From: Catajapyx aquilonaris
Taxonomy: Eukaryota
Reading direction: 5' to 3'
DNA: 55,183 bases
NCBI GenBank assembly: GCA_000934665.2
Contig: JYFJ02002535.1
Location: 1-55,183 of the forward strand
Below are positions 12,791 through 23,995 of this stretch, piece by piece. Under the pieces are notes generated by a model that worked only from the letters and a program-made list of their open reading frames with translations, made no database searches and was not told the DNA's origin. Made by a program: the position numbers and the translations under genes. Position 1 is the first letter of the stretch. Each line of letters opens with the position of its first letter.

Positions 12791-13663
12791 ATCTCTTTTT
12801 GATCTTCTCAAAAGCGTGGGTCTGTACAAATAATTATTATGGGAGAGAATCGATATTGCCATACCCTAGCGAGATTAATTTGTTGTCACAATGAATGCAT
12901 GCACTGTCCATTAATTTTACATGTGTAGGCGTCACACTTATATTTGGTATGTATGTGATTATGTGGCACATATGTGCGTAGGAGTTATAAAGTTGGTGGC
13001 ACGATATTAGGACGGAAGGTCTGATTTTTTTTTTTTTGTTGGCTGATTTTGATGGATTTCTAATCAGGAAAAAAAAAGCCGTTGGTTTGCGCATAAGCGG
13101 ATGGCACCAGGCGAAAACAATGTGCATAAGTTCAGTTATTCCGTAAGTGAGAGTTTCAATGATACGCTTTTTTTTCAGATAGGTCACAAAGAATGTAAGG
13201 AAAAACACACACATGCCTGCAAAGTATACTCGGATGATTTTCATTGCGAACTGGTCATGCCAAATAATACTCAAAACTTTTACGTCATACTTCAAAAGGG
13301 AGGGGTGTATATACGAAATATTTTTTTGGGGAAAGAGCAGCGTGGGTCGATTTGGTTTAATTCCTCCCCCACCCGCCAAATTTAATCCAAGTCTGTGATC
13401 ATGTTTTGAGGAAATATAACTCTGGTCGTTGACGAACCGCATTTTAATTAACACCCTGCATTCATTGGACCATAAAATAATTTTATTCTGAAGTCAAAAG
13501 AGCTGTGATTATTTTATTGCTACAAGGTTATTACATCGTAATTGCTAATATGTCACTCCATTTTTATTACAGTAATAGTTTATGTAAATGTTACCGTGAC
13601 ATTTAATTACTACACAGGTGATATGAATGGTAATTGTTTTGTGCTTGGGTTCATTGTGCTGCG

Positions 13664-13946
13664 TTAACCAATCATTTGAATGGGATCCAGGCACGACTGT
13701 CCTCCGCATCTGGTGTTGCAGCACTTCCTGTCCTCCGGACAAGCTTGGTCGCTGTCACACTCTCTCTGGCATTCTCCATCGGATTCTTCGTTTTCTGGAC
13801 ACCTCCCAGGTTTCTCTGTTAATTGGCCATTGATTAAGTCATCAATGTGCACTTGACGGAAGAACTGATTACTTACGGAACTGGCCGTACACTACAACTG
13901 CAATGGCTATTAAGATGACCAGAAGATAAAATGTTGCTCTTGCCAT
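13664..13946 (-). CDS. Secreted single WAP (four-disulfide core) domain protein; exons 13946-13877 and 13815-13664
   Basis: Signal peptide MARATFYLLVILIAIAVVVYG; KPGRCP...C...C-x5-C-x5-CC-x3-C-x4-C-LDP with 8 Cys; phase-1 intron GTAAGT...AACAG; TATA-like element at 13991-13998. Confidence 0.88.
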
Positions 13947-14848
13947 CTTGAGGAACACAGCGGCATAACAATGCAGGAAGTGGCACCTGCTATATATACC
14001 CTTGCGTTTGCGTGAAAAACAAACGTATTTTAAGCTGCGATGAGAGCGTGAGGTTAACAACTTCATGTCCGTTGACGGGCAGAACAATCTCATAAGTATG
14101 TTGCATGGGATTAATTACGAGAATCTATTAATCCTAATGCAACTGGATTTACATCAATGTGCGTCAAGAATAACCCTGACAATGCGACAACCACAATTTG
14201 TCAATCATACCACCGGTTTTGTGCCATAAATTGCATTATGATTGTTGGAGATGATTGTTGGGGAGTTAATTGTACAAGCCAGACATGCAACATTTTAATG
14301 AAATCATGTGTACGCATCAAGTTAATTATTTACTGTAGTCACTAGTGGACAAGGAAATTACCATGCCCGTTGCATATGCACTTACTGTGGTATTAAGGAC
14401 CCTTTGGCCTTGCAACGAAGACAATGGCTGTTGACATGCCAGGAGTGAACATGTTCCATTCGGATAAAACCAGATTCGGGTTGTGCGTATCCGTAACTAG
14501 TATTTTTGGCAAACTGGGCAATGTTATTGTTGCCTAATAATCATTTCATACGACAATGAAATGGTAGAGTGAATCTGGACGCTCATATGTATGAATTATA
14601 TTTTTGTATACTCGTAAATCACGACTTTGACTCAAGAAGGTAAGTGGTGGTTGGTATGAAGACGCATTAGTCCTACAATCAATTAGTCTTTATTTGCGTA
14701 TACATAAGCGTTGTTCACGTGGCACAAAAATTTCTTGATCATATCCTGGGCTAATAATAATGACTACAAAAAAAAAAAATACCAAATTCAGCGATAAAGA
14801 TGCAAAATGTCTTTGAAACTCATTAATTTTTAAAATATTTGCTCAAGC

Positions 14849-14941
14849 ACTCCAAGGTTGGAGGTACAAAGTTTTTCAATTGTTAAGTACGACATTTTCA
14901 TCGCAGATTCTCTCAATCTAAAAGTGTCGGAACCTTGGAGT
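14849..14941. repeat. Short inverted repeat, possible MITE remnant
   Basis: ACTCCAAGGTT (14849-14859) and its reverse complement AACCTTGGAGT (14931-14941). Confidence 0.35.
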
Positions 14942-15134
14942 AGTTGTCTTCAATATTCTGACAGGATCATACGATTCTACCATAAAACTATCCGCAGGGC
15001 TTACGCATTTAAGTAAAATATTTATTATTAAATTTATTATTATTATTAAAAAATTAATTTCATCCCATCCACATAATAACGACAGCGATAAAACTATGAC
15101 AGACGGCAGAAGTACAAAGTTTAAAAATATTTCC

Positions 15135-15235
15135 CCTTAACATGCCGATGCCTAAGGATTATATATATTGTCGTATGTCCACGTTTTAACAATGGACATA
15201 CGACAATATAATCCTTAGGCGTCGATGCCTTAACA
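15135..15235. repeat. Near-perfect ~32-36 bp inverted repeat flanked by CCTTAACA direct repeats (MITE-like or hairpin RNA)
   Basis: Arms 15146-15181 and 15193-15224 differ by a 4-nt TATA bulge and one substitution; CCTTAACA at 15135-15142 and 15228-15235. Confidence 0.7.
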
Positions 15236-15520
15236 AAATATAGCATTACATTCCCCAACATGATTCTACAAAAAGCAAATAGCGCATTTCATATATGTAA
15301 CCAGCATCGTCATTCATATATAAAAATGTAATGTGTAAAACTATTTAAAAAATATCCTCGCAAATTACTGTCAGTCTTTTCACATGCAGTTCAGCTGGAA
15401 AACTTCACATATTGGCTGTACGTACATTAACTCTTATGCTATTAAAAGACTTGCTCAACTTAATTGTAACATAATTATGTCATGGATTGATCAAATGTTG
15501 TTCCCCCCGTTAAATGCAGA

Positions 15521-16550
15521 TTAGAGGAACTCCCACCCTTCGTTAATTTTCTTTCCCTTCCCCCTCCGCGACTGTGGCTGCTGACGACGAGCAGCTCTCT
15601 CGTTCTCTCGCTGAACGTCTAAGTACGTCTTGTACGCAACCCCCAGCACCTGAATTCCCTGGGTTATCATCGACATCATACTGGAACCTTCCTCCTCGTT
15701 ACTCTGCTGCTGTTGTTGCTGTTGTTGCTGCGGTTTCTGCTTTGGCTTTGAGCCATGGTTTTGTTGCTGCTGATGTGCCTTTTTCTGATTCACTTGCTTA
15801 GGATGATCCTGCTGCTTCTTCAGCTTCTGATGGATGTTTTGTTGCGGTTCCGTAAAGTAAGGAGGTGGCTGTTCGTAGTACGGCGGTGGAGCATACGGCA
15901 TTTGCTGCGGCTGGCCATAGTCGGGCATTTGCTGCGGCTGGCCGTAGTAAGGCTGCTGCTGCGGACTTTGCTGAGCAGCTGGTCGACCACGGCCGTGCAC
16001 CGGTTTGTGTCTTTCCTGGAAACATAAGTTTTAGTTTCTTGGTGTAGCTCAAGGTGAAGCTACTCACCTCGTGTGGGATGATGTCCAGCAAATCTTTGAC
16101 CTTCAAGTCTCTCGTGAACTTAACCAGAAGCGTCTCAATGGACTGGACGGGCACTCCATGCTGCGTCTTTGCAGCGCATTGCTGCGCATTGTACCTCCAG
16201 GGCGTGCGAGGCTCCCTCATGTGTACGTAGTACCCTGCCTGCAACGCCATAACCGCGTATGGCCGCATCTCAGCCAGGGTCAAGTTGGTGTTGTCTATAA
16301 CCACGGGAGTCCTTCCAGACTTCAGCTCGGCCCTGCATCGGTCCTGGTTCCACCTGTGGGCATCACCCAAGTCCTGACCTCTGAACTTGTACTTTCCATC
16401 GGGCCTAATGAAGTAATCGTCCGTGCTGAGTATGACCCCTCCTCCGACTATCTGGTTAGCCAGGAAGGTTTTACCGCTTCCGGGGACACCTCGGAGGAGT
16501 ATCAACTCCCTCGGTTGGTTCTTCCTACCCGGCAAGCCGCCACAGGCCAT
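15521..16550 (-). CDS. NEDD4-binding protein 2-like (N4BP2L1/L2-type P-loop kinase), copy 1, ~325 aa; exons 16550-16068 and 16015-15521
   Basis: LILLRGVPGSGKT Walker A, STDDYF, AHRWNQ, VVIDNTN, EMRPYAVMA, EPRTPW, HGVP motifs; 52-nt phase-0 intron joins a P/Q-rich tail containing PPPY twice. Confidence 0.85.
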
Positions 16551-18383
16551 TATCTCAACCGCAAGTTACTGCAAAGTAATTGCATATTACTAATTACATA
16601 ATGTGTATACATACATAAAATTGTAATTGATTGATTAACGGTGCTGCAATAAGAGCTAATAATAAATAGTTATTAGCTCTTGATGGCTGTACATTTTATG
16701 TCACGTTTGAATAATTAAATCTGCAAATTGTGAAGTACTTACAGCCTAAAAGTAGCTGGGGAAAGTACAGAGAGAGCACTTGATGACGTCAAAGTGCACC
16801 TGATTGTTTTGTTTACATTTTCGATGTTTTTTTTTAAAAGACATGTCAATCTAAGATTTGACGTCCGAGTTCAATGAACTGCTCTAATTTTTTGACCATT
16901 TTTTTATAGTTTTAATAAGATGTACTGGTCTTTATATTATTTTTCATCTCATTTAGAGGGGACAGGAGGGGAATACCCTCAAGATTTGAACAAAAAAAAA
17001 TAATGGACATCGGTAATATTGTCGATACTATACTTCTTTTCCTTTATTATATTTTTTATATGTGACAACAATAATTCGCTACAAAAAATGAAGTTCCAGG
17101 GTCCAATTATGCAGGCCTATAATAATTAGTCAATTAATTAAAACTGGGGAAGCAATAACTACCATTGATATGAAAGAAAAATATATTATGTTATTGTGTC
17201 AATCCATATTAAACACTTGAAACACCAGAACAATCATCAATGGTTGAAATTGAGTTTATAAAGTACGGTTAGCTAGGCTACAAACAATATTGAGCTGCCA
17301 ATAGGTTTTTTTTTAAAGAAAAAAACTTATTCCATACAGATGTAATGCAATGTTCAACGTACATCTTGAGTCGTACAATTTTGTGACTCGGATTGTTCTC
17401 AGCATTCTTCAGGCCTTCATAAGTACATAATTTCATAAAAAATAACAAATGATACAACTCTTCATAACATGATAATATTTGGTATAACATGTGGAAATAA
17501 AGGCACTTGTTCGGGAAAAACAACATAGGAATTAACATGTGGACGAGCAAATCTGAAGTACCAATTGTACCAAAAACATAGCGCTTGCTTTATACGGTCA
17601 TAAGTAAACAATTGGCAATGTGTAAGTACTGGCAGGCATAATAATTTCAGCGTAACAAAAAAATAATAAGCACATTACCCCCAACTACGAGATTCACTAA
17701 TATATTCCTTTCCAGACAAAAATATACTTCTACGTCACTGCTGATTACAAAAAATAAAGGCACTTGCTCAAAAAAAGACATAACATAAGAATAATAAAAC
17801 ATTTCATCATCGGAATAACATATGAACAGATATGTGGAAGAACAGATCTAATTACCAAAACAAAACCTCGGCACAAAAGTGGCACATGTGCGACCTCAAG
17901 CCGAAGAGTTACGCCTTAACATTAAATCTCGTAATGATTAACATACAGATAATCCTCTTTGATATAATACGCACTACAAAATAATTTCTTACAAAAAAAA
18001 ATAGGAAAATGATGCTTAACTTTTGAGATTCTTAACTGCTAATACTTTTTTGTTTGGAAGAGTAATTGGCACTTCATTTTAATTAAGGCACAAGTTGGCG
18101 GCGGTGTAACCGCAATCATCTATTTACCAATTGAACATTTCCCATAAATTTTCAGTCTTGCTCTAGTGTGGTCTCTGATAGAAAAAATATATATTTCAAG
18201 CATTTTTTTTTTAAACATTACGTAAGGTCAATTATGCATTTTGGGTTACTTTCCACTTGTTCAGACCTTATAAAGTGCATGTGTCGTACAAACATGAGCA
18301 TGTAAAAAAATTAATTGTGTTCATCCTGGAATGTAAAAGCACCAGAGAAATGATATGCTACTCTGGCTTCCTGCAAATCTCGA

Positions 18384-19945
18384 TCATTTCTTCCCCTTCC
18401 CCTTCTGCATACCGAACTGTCCCTGCCCTCCTTTGCTGCTTTTCGACTCCTGTTTGACCATCAACTTGACCTTAACCCCGCCTGGACTACTCGTCTTAAT
18501 GGAAATATTGGTGGTGGTCTGACCACTCTTAGTTTGATTAGACTGCGGCTTCGGTTGGGGTTTGCTTTGCTGCGTTTGAGATGCGGCTTGAGGCTGCTGT
18601 TTCGCCTTTGCACCTTGCTGCTGATTTGATTGCGAAAATGGTTTCGGGTTCTGTTGCTGTTGCGGTTTCTGGGTTTGCTGCGGCTTTGCTGGTTGTTGGA
18701 TCTGTAGAAGCTTCAGTTGTTGCTGGGCGTGCTGCAGTTTCAGTTTCTGCTGCGCTTGTTGTAGTTTTAGTTGTTCCTGTTGTAGTTTCAGCTGCTCCTG
18801 AGTGAATTGTAGTTTCATTTGTTGCTGCGTATGTTTCAGTTGTTCTTGTGTTTGCTGCGCTTTCTGTGGGTGTTGCTTGGCCTGTTGTAATTTTTGTGGC
18901 GGCTGGGCATGTTGTGGTTTTGGTTGTTGTTGAGATTGCTGCGGTTTCTGCTGTTGCGGTTTCAGTTGGCTGTGTTGCAGTGTATGAACTAGTTGAAAAA
19001 AATGGCTTTGCTGTGGTTTAGGCTGCGGTTTTTTCGGCTGCTGGACTTGTTTTGGCTTATTTGCATACAACTTTGCCCAGTGGTTTGTCTGCTTTTGTGG
19101 ATGTTGGATGCTAGATTTTGCATGTGTCTGTCGCAGGTGCGGTGCTGGTTGTGACTTGTACGAGCTCTGCTGTTGGTGCAGCATGGGTTCTGGATCCGGC
19201 TCTAGCTGCATCGCAAGCTTCTCGTGCAGGCTCGGTGGCGTCTGCGGCTCTTCCGCAGAGTACGCCGGCGGCAGATCACAAAACGGAGGTGGCTTATCCC
19301 AATGCAGTTGCGGCTGTGCGCTGTACGGAGGCGGCGGTGTTGAGTACAGGTTCGCTGGCTGAGGCTGCGGTTGGTGCTCATCCTGTGACGTCCTTTCCTG
19401 TAAATAGTGTCAAACAACCAGAATTAAATGCAACAGGCCACACTTTTTTAAAGGTGGCTCACCTTGTCCGGAATGACACGAAGCAAGTCCTGCACAGTCA
19501 GATCCTTCTGAAACTTATCCAGAATGGCTTGTACCATCTGGACAGAAAGCGAATGCACCGACCGCTTGGCACACTCCTCAGCTTCATATTTCCAGGGCGT
19601 GCTTGGCTCCCTCATTTGCAGGTCATATCCTGCCTGCAATGCCATCACCGCATATGGCTTCATATCAACCACGGTCAGATTGGGGCCGTCAATAATGATG
19701 GGCGTCCTCCCCGTTTTTATTGCTTCCTCGCATCGCTTCTGATTCCACTTCTCGGCCAGATGCATATCTTCCTCTCTAAATAATTCCTGCTGTCCACCCG
19801 GCATCAAGTAGAAGCAGTTTGTGCTCAGTATGACACCACCCCGGACCAGCTGCGTCGCCAGGAATGTTTTACCGCTGCCTGGTACGCCCCGGAGGAAGAT
19901 CAGCTCTTTTCCGCTCTTGTTAGACAGCATGCTCTGTGCCATCAT
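18384..19945 (-). CDS. N4BP2-like P-loop protein, copy 2 (~500 aa, degenerate active site, long Gln-rich tail); exons 19945-19463 and 19397-18384
   Basis: LIFLRGVPGSGKT retained but STNCFY and IIDGPN replace STDDYF and VIDNTN; same phase-0 intron position as copy 1; exon 2 is open through PPPPY, LPPAY and the QQ/KLQ-rich ORF 18384..19211. Confidence 0.82.
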
Positions 19946-20078
19946 TAAACTGCAACAACTAAGTGATGGGATAATAAAACCATTAAAATGTAAATGTAAA
20001 TCATACATTTTTTTTTTCATCCTTAATTTTTCTTTTGAGCAATAGTTGTACGCATGATTTTTGGGTGTACTGTTTGTA

Positions 20079-20236
20079 CACTGTAAACCGCGCATCACTA
20101 GTGAGTCTCTCATGGAACATCAATTTTTAATGTTCTTCTAATGCTTTTTAGCAACAGAAAAGCATTATAAGAGCATTAGAAGAGCATTAAAAATTGATGT
20201 TCTATCTTCTATGCGAGACTCCATGCTCTTACAGTG
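20079..20236. mobile_element. MITE-like fold-back element with CACTGTAA...TTACAGTG termini
   Basis: Terminal inverted repeat CACTGTAA/TTACAGTG, inner GAGTCTC/GAGACTC pair and a long internal inverted repeat GAACATCAATTTTTAATG...CATTAAAAATTGATGTTC; lies upstream of the copy-2 coding exon. Confidence 0.55.
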
Positions 20237-23200
20237 TTGTAATAAACCTACAATTTTTTAAACATAATTATGCTAATTATTCTCCTAGTTGTGTAACAAT
20301 GATTTACCGTACCAGGTAGTGCTGTATTATGTGTACTTTGTGGAGGTCATACTGAGCAATAGTTTTTATCTGTGGTTTTTATTATCGTTATTACAACGTA
20401 TTGCCTAATTCCAACCCTGAAATAAGCTGCTTTTTTGTCCACTGCTCACCAAATATTGTAACAGCTATTAATAACTTGTATGTCATTTTTTTGCGATTTG
20501 TTCGCCATAATTTCGGTTTTGGAATTGCAAAATGAGCACACCAATTTGTGCACTAATTAGTTCTAAAATTTAATTATTATATATGGACGGTTTAATGCGT
20601 CGTAAATGGCTGCTTTAATCCTCAACCTAATAATAGAAGCAGCTTTTTGTCGGAATATAGCTAATGCCAGGAACCCAACTGTTTCAATATTTCCAACCCT
20701 GTCTTCCCAGCTGCTGATCCGACCAATCCCGAACATTTCCGATCTCACCCCCACCCTCCCACTTCCTGCCCTCCCCCCCCCCTTCCTTCGTTAAAAAAAG
20801 CAGGGTTGTCACATCTCATTTCTGGCTCAACTCTTGCTTGGATCGAGGCCATTTTTTTCCGTCCCCCGTTCCCCCCATATTTTTCATTCAATCGAATAAG
20901 TCATTTTTTTTTTTAAATTCGAGAGATAAATCCCGCACCAGATTAATCTGATAGTTTTTTATAGACACCGATGTTATAGTTATGACATGATAGGACGTGG
21001 CAACACCGCTGGGTTGTTCGAACATTTCGGAACATTCGGAACCGAAATTATTGCAAATTGTTTGATTTTAATTACTTCTTGTACTCATTAATTCAAGTGT
21101 TAATTATTTTTTTAAAGTGTTTTCCGGGGAAGGGGGTTCGGGGGGTGGACTACACAAAGAGAGGGTTTGGGAGGAGGATGGCAGGGGGGTAGAAAAAAAA
21201 GGAACAAGATGAAGGAGGGAGGGGGGGGGGGATGGGAAACAAAAATAAAATAAAATGGGAAGAACATACAAATGGCAATTAAAACTTAAACGCTGAGATA
21301 ACTATAATAATGAGTGATTAGAAAGACCATTGCGACAATTGGCACGGAGCAAGTAAGTGGTCCTCTTGGATTATGGCATATTTGTTTTTTTTTTTTTTTA
21401 AATAGAAAATGGCGATGGATTTTTTCTGAAGGTGTGTAGCCCTGTTCGGGTGTGGTGCTTGGAACGGGTCAGGGAAGGTGTTCGCCCCGGGGCAGAACAC
21501 TTGGGGGGGGGCCAAAAAGGGTTGAGAACAGTTTGATGTGTGTGGCAAGGCAGGATTTTGAGGATGGAATTTTTGGGTGGAACGTGTGCACCGTTTGGTG
21601 TAGCCTAAGTACAGTACGAAGCAGTACCGCTTCATGAAGTGTGAGTACTGTAGCGTACTGTAAGCGCAATGTGATTGCGCTCTATATATGTACAGCATCG
21701 GTACAGCGGACGGGTGCGGAATACCAGCTCTTTACATACATTGCGGTTAGTCAACAGCGACATTGTACGATTAGTACCAACACTCTAATTATGTAGTACA
21801 CATAAATGTTGCAGTACAGCGTAAGTATCCGGTCGACGCGGCTTCCGACAATCATGTCGATAGCGTTTAAAAAAAAAATTAATTTTGAAATGTACATGGT
21901 TCTAAAGTGTACGCTGCCCTTTTAATGCACCACTGCATGTTTCGTACTATCGGTACCCATCGGTACGTACCCTGTTAGCTAGGCCTAGTAGGTACGTACT
22001 TGTAAGTGCGACCAAGTTTGCGTGATCTGAGTACCGTTATTTGACAGTCATGACACGGCTGTGCAGTTCAGATCGTTGCACGTTATTATTTCAGATCTAA
22101 TTGCGGTTATAACATGGGGAGTTGGCACTAGGCCTAGCTCTTTCGGAGTGTTTTAGAGCGGTTTATTGGCATGTTCCGGAGCTAAAAAGTGGTTAAATTA
22201 AATCCTGGCAGATTATGGGTGCACATATTAAATAACGGTGCGAGTGCGATGACATTTGGTGAACTTTTTAAATTTTGCTGTACTCCGACGGTCGTACCAG
22301 CGGTTAACGACCTTCAGCGTATAGGTTAACGACCACTTAAATTGAATTATTACAGAAGCGCAATATTTGTTGTGCGGATTTATTTTATGTATGAAGCTGC
22401 GATGTACAACGCATTTGACGACTGGACATCAAATCAGGTCCGAGGTCAGAATATGCGGTGAATTTGGTGTGTCCGGGGTTGCGACAACATCTGCGGTGAT
22501 TAACTTTCGAAATGTAAGGGCTGGGCCTAATTGCAGTAAGCCTAGGCCTAGGATTCTGGATGGTTAGGCTTCCAGAAATTTGGTAATGGCTCATGTTTAA
22601 TGTGAAATAAGGTAGGTGTTAAGTGCTCATGAGACGTACACATGCGGTTTGTTTGCAATCGTGTAAGGAGTGACCTTGAGTTATTGATTGACCCAAAAAA
22701 AGGAGCTGCTGGAAACGCTTTTACGTGTTCCATGAATTAGTACATTATTTTACCGTCATTTGCTTTTGTTGCATGGATGTGTGTGATGAATTATTGCTTC
22801 CCAGGTATGTTCCAGAGTTCAAGTTAGAAATAAAAAAAATTTAAAGTGAGAGGGTCAGTTAACACTTTTTAGTTGGCGAATGGGCCAACAAATTCGGAAT
22901 TTGAAAAGCGTGCGGACTTTGATTACCAATTCCGATACATATTGATGCGACTTGTTGTCTGGTAGGTGCGGCACACTGACTCCCGGACAACTCTTCACAT
23001 GTCCTCGAAATGGCATCGGCAAAGAGACTTTTTAAATATATTCGAACGTATGAAAGTCACTGGGGCATTGGTGGTCTAGTGGCTATTCTACTGGCCAGCC
23101 AAGCGGGAGGTCCGGCGTTAAGACATTGTTCAGATTGTTGATAGTTGCTGACTTTGAGCAGTTGTCCGGTTTTGCAGCCTTGTAAATGCTACGGGGAAGT

Positions 23201-23995
23201 CGTATTGTTGCGATAAGGCACGCAGCATGCATTTTTCAGATAATGTTACAAGAGTCTCTTGTCAAATCATTACAACTACTTGTGCGTTCACATGTTATGC
23301 AATGTACGAGATGCAACATGGCCGATATCAGAAGGTGGCTTTGCTATCTGCCCAAATCAGTGGCATGTTGCGTTTGTGATAGATGAAGTAGCCTACTATG
23401 TCATTACCATTAATATTGTGACAAGCGGACTGTTGACCACATTTTAGATAACGCACATCCGGTGGCTATTCTCGCATGGCAGCGTAGGGCAGGTTTAGTG
23501 TACATTTTATGTGCAGAGTTCCGTGTCAGGACTGCGACATCGGCTTGCTGCTTAGTAACAAACAGAATAAACTTGATAGGATGTGCTATTAAATAATTAG
23601 GAAAATATTAGGCCCAATTGAAAGAATGGCTAGATTCAAAGCACTGTCTTTACTTGACCTTTCCGTATATCCTTAGTCTGCCTGGAAGTGATTTGTTGGT
23701 AATTAACAACTTGAGAAATTATATCGCATTGCGGTGGGTTCATGTTTTCCACAGAGGCCATTACATTTGGGTGTTTAACAGAAGTGTAATTGGAGCTGAC
23801 GAAGCAAAGTCCAAGGTCCGAGCAGGGCTGATGCAGTGCTTTCTGCCGTGTGAGACTGAGTCAGAAGGTGTTTTTTTTTATTGTTGTGAGGGGAATGAAC
23901 TGGAAGAAGCTCAGGTTGTATCATGACCCACTTTTATAGCCTTTGGCCTCCTCCTCCTCCTCCTCCTCTCAGAGACTTCCACCTGGGGACCCAAG

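Noticed and set aside
12837..13454. 205-aa minus-strand ORF
   Set aside because: AT-rich with homopolymer runs, lies in the convergent 3' regions of DENND5 and the WAP gene, non-ATG start and no recognisable motif.
23061..23120. tRNA/SINE-like head (TGGTCTAGTGG)
   Set aside because: A-box-like only; no convincing B box, tail or TSD.
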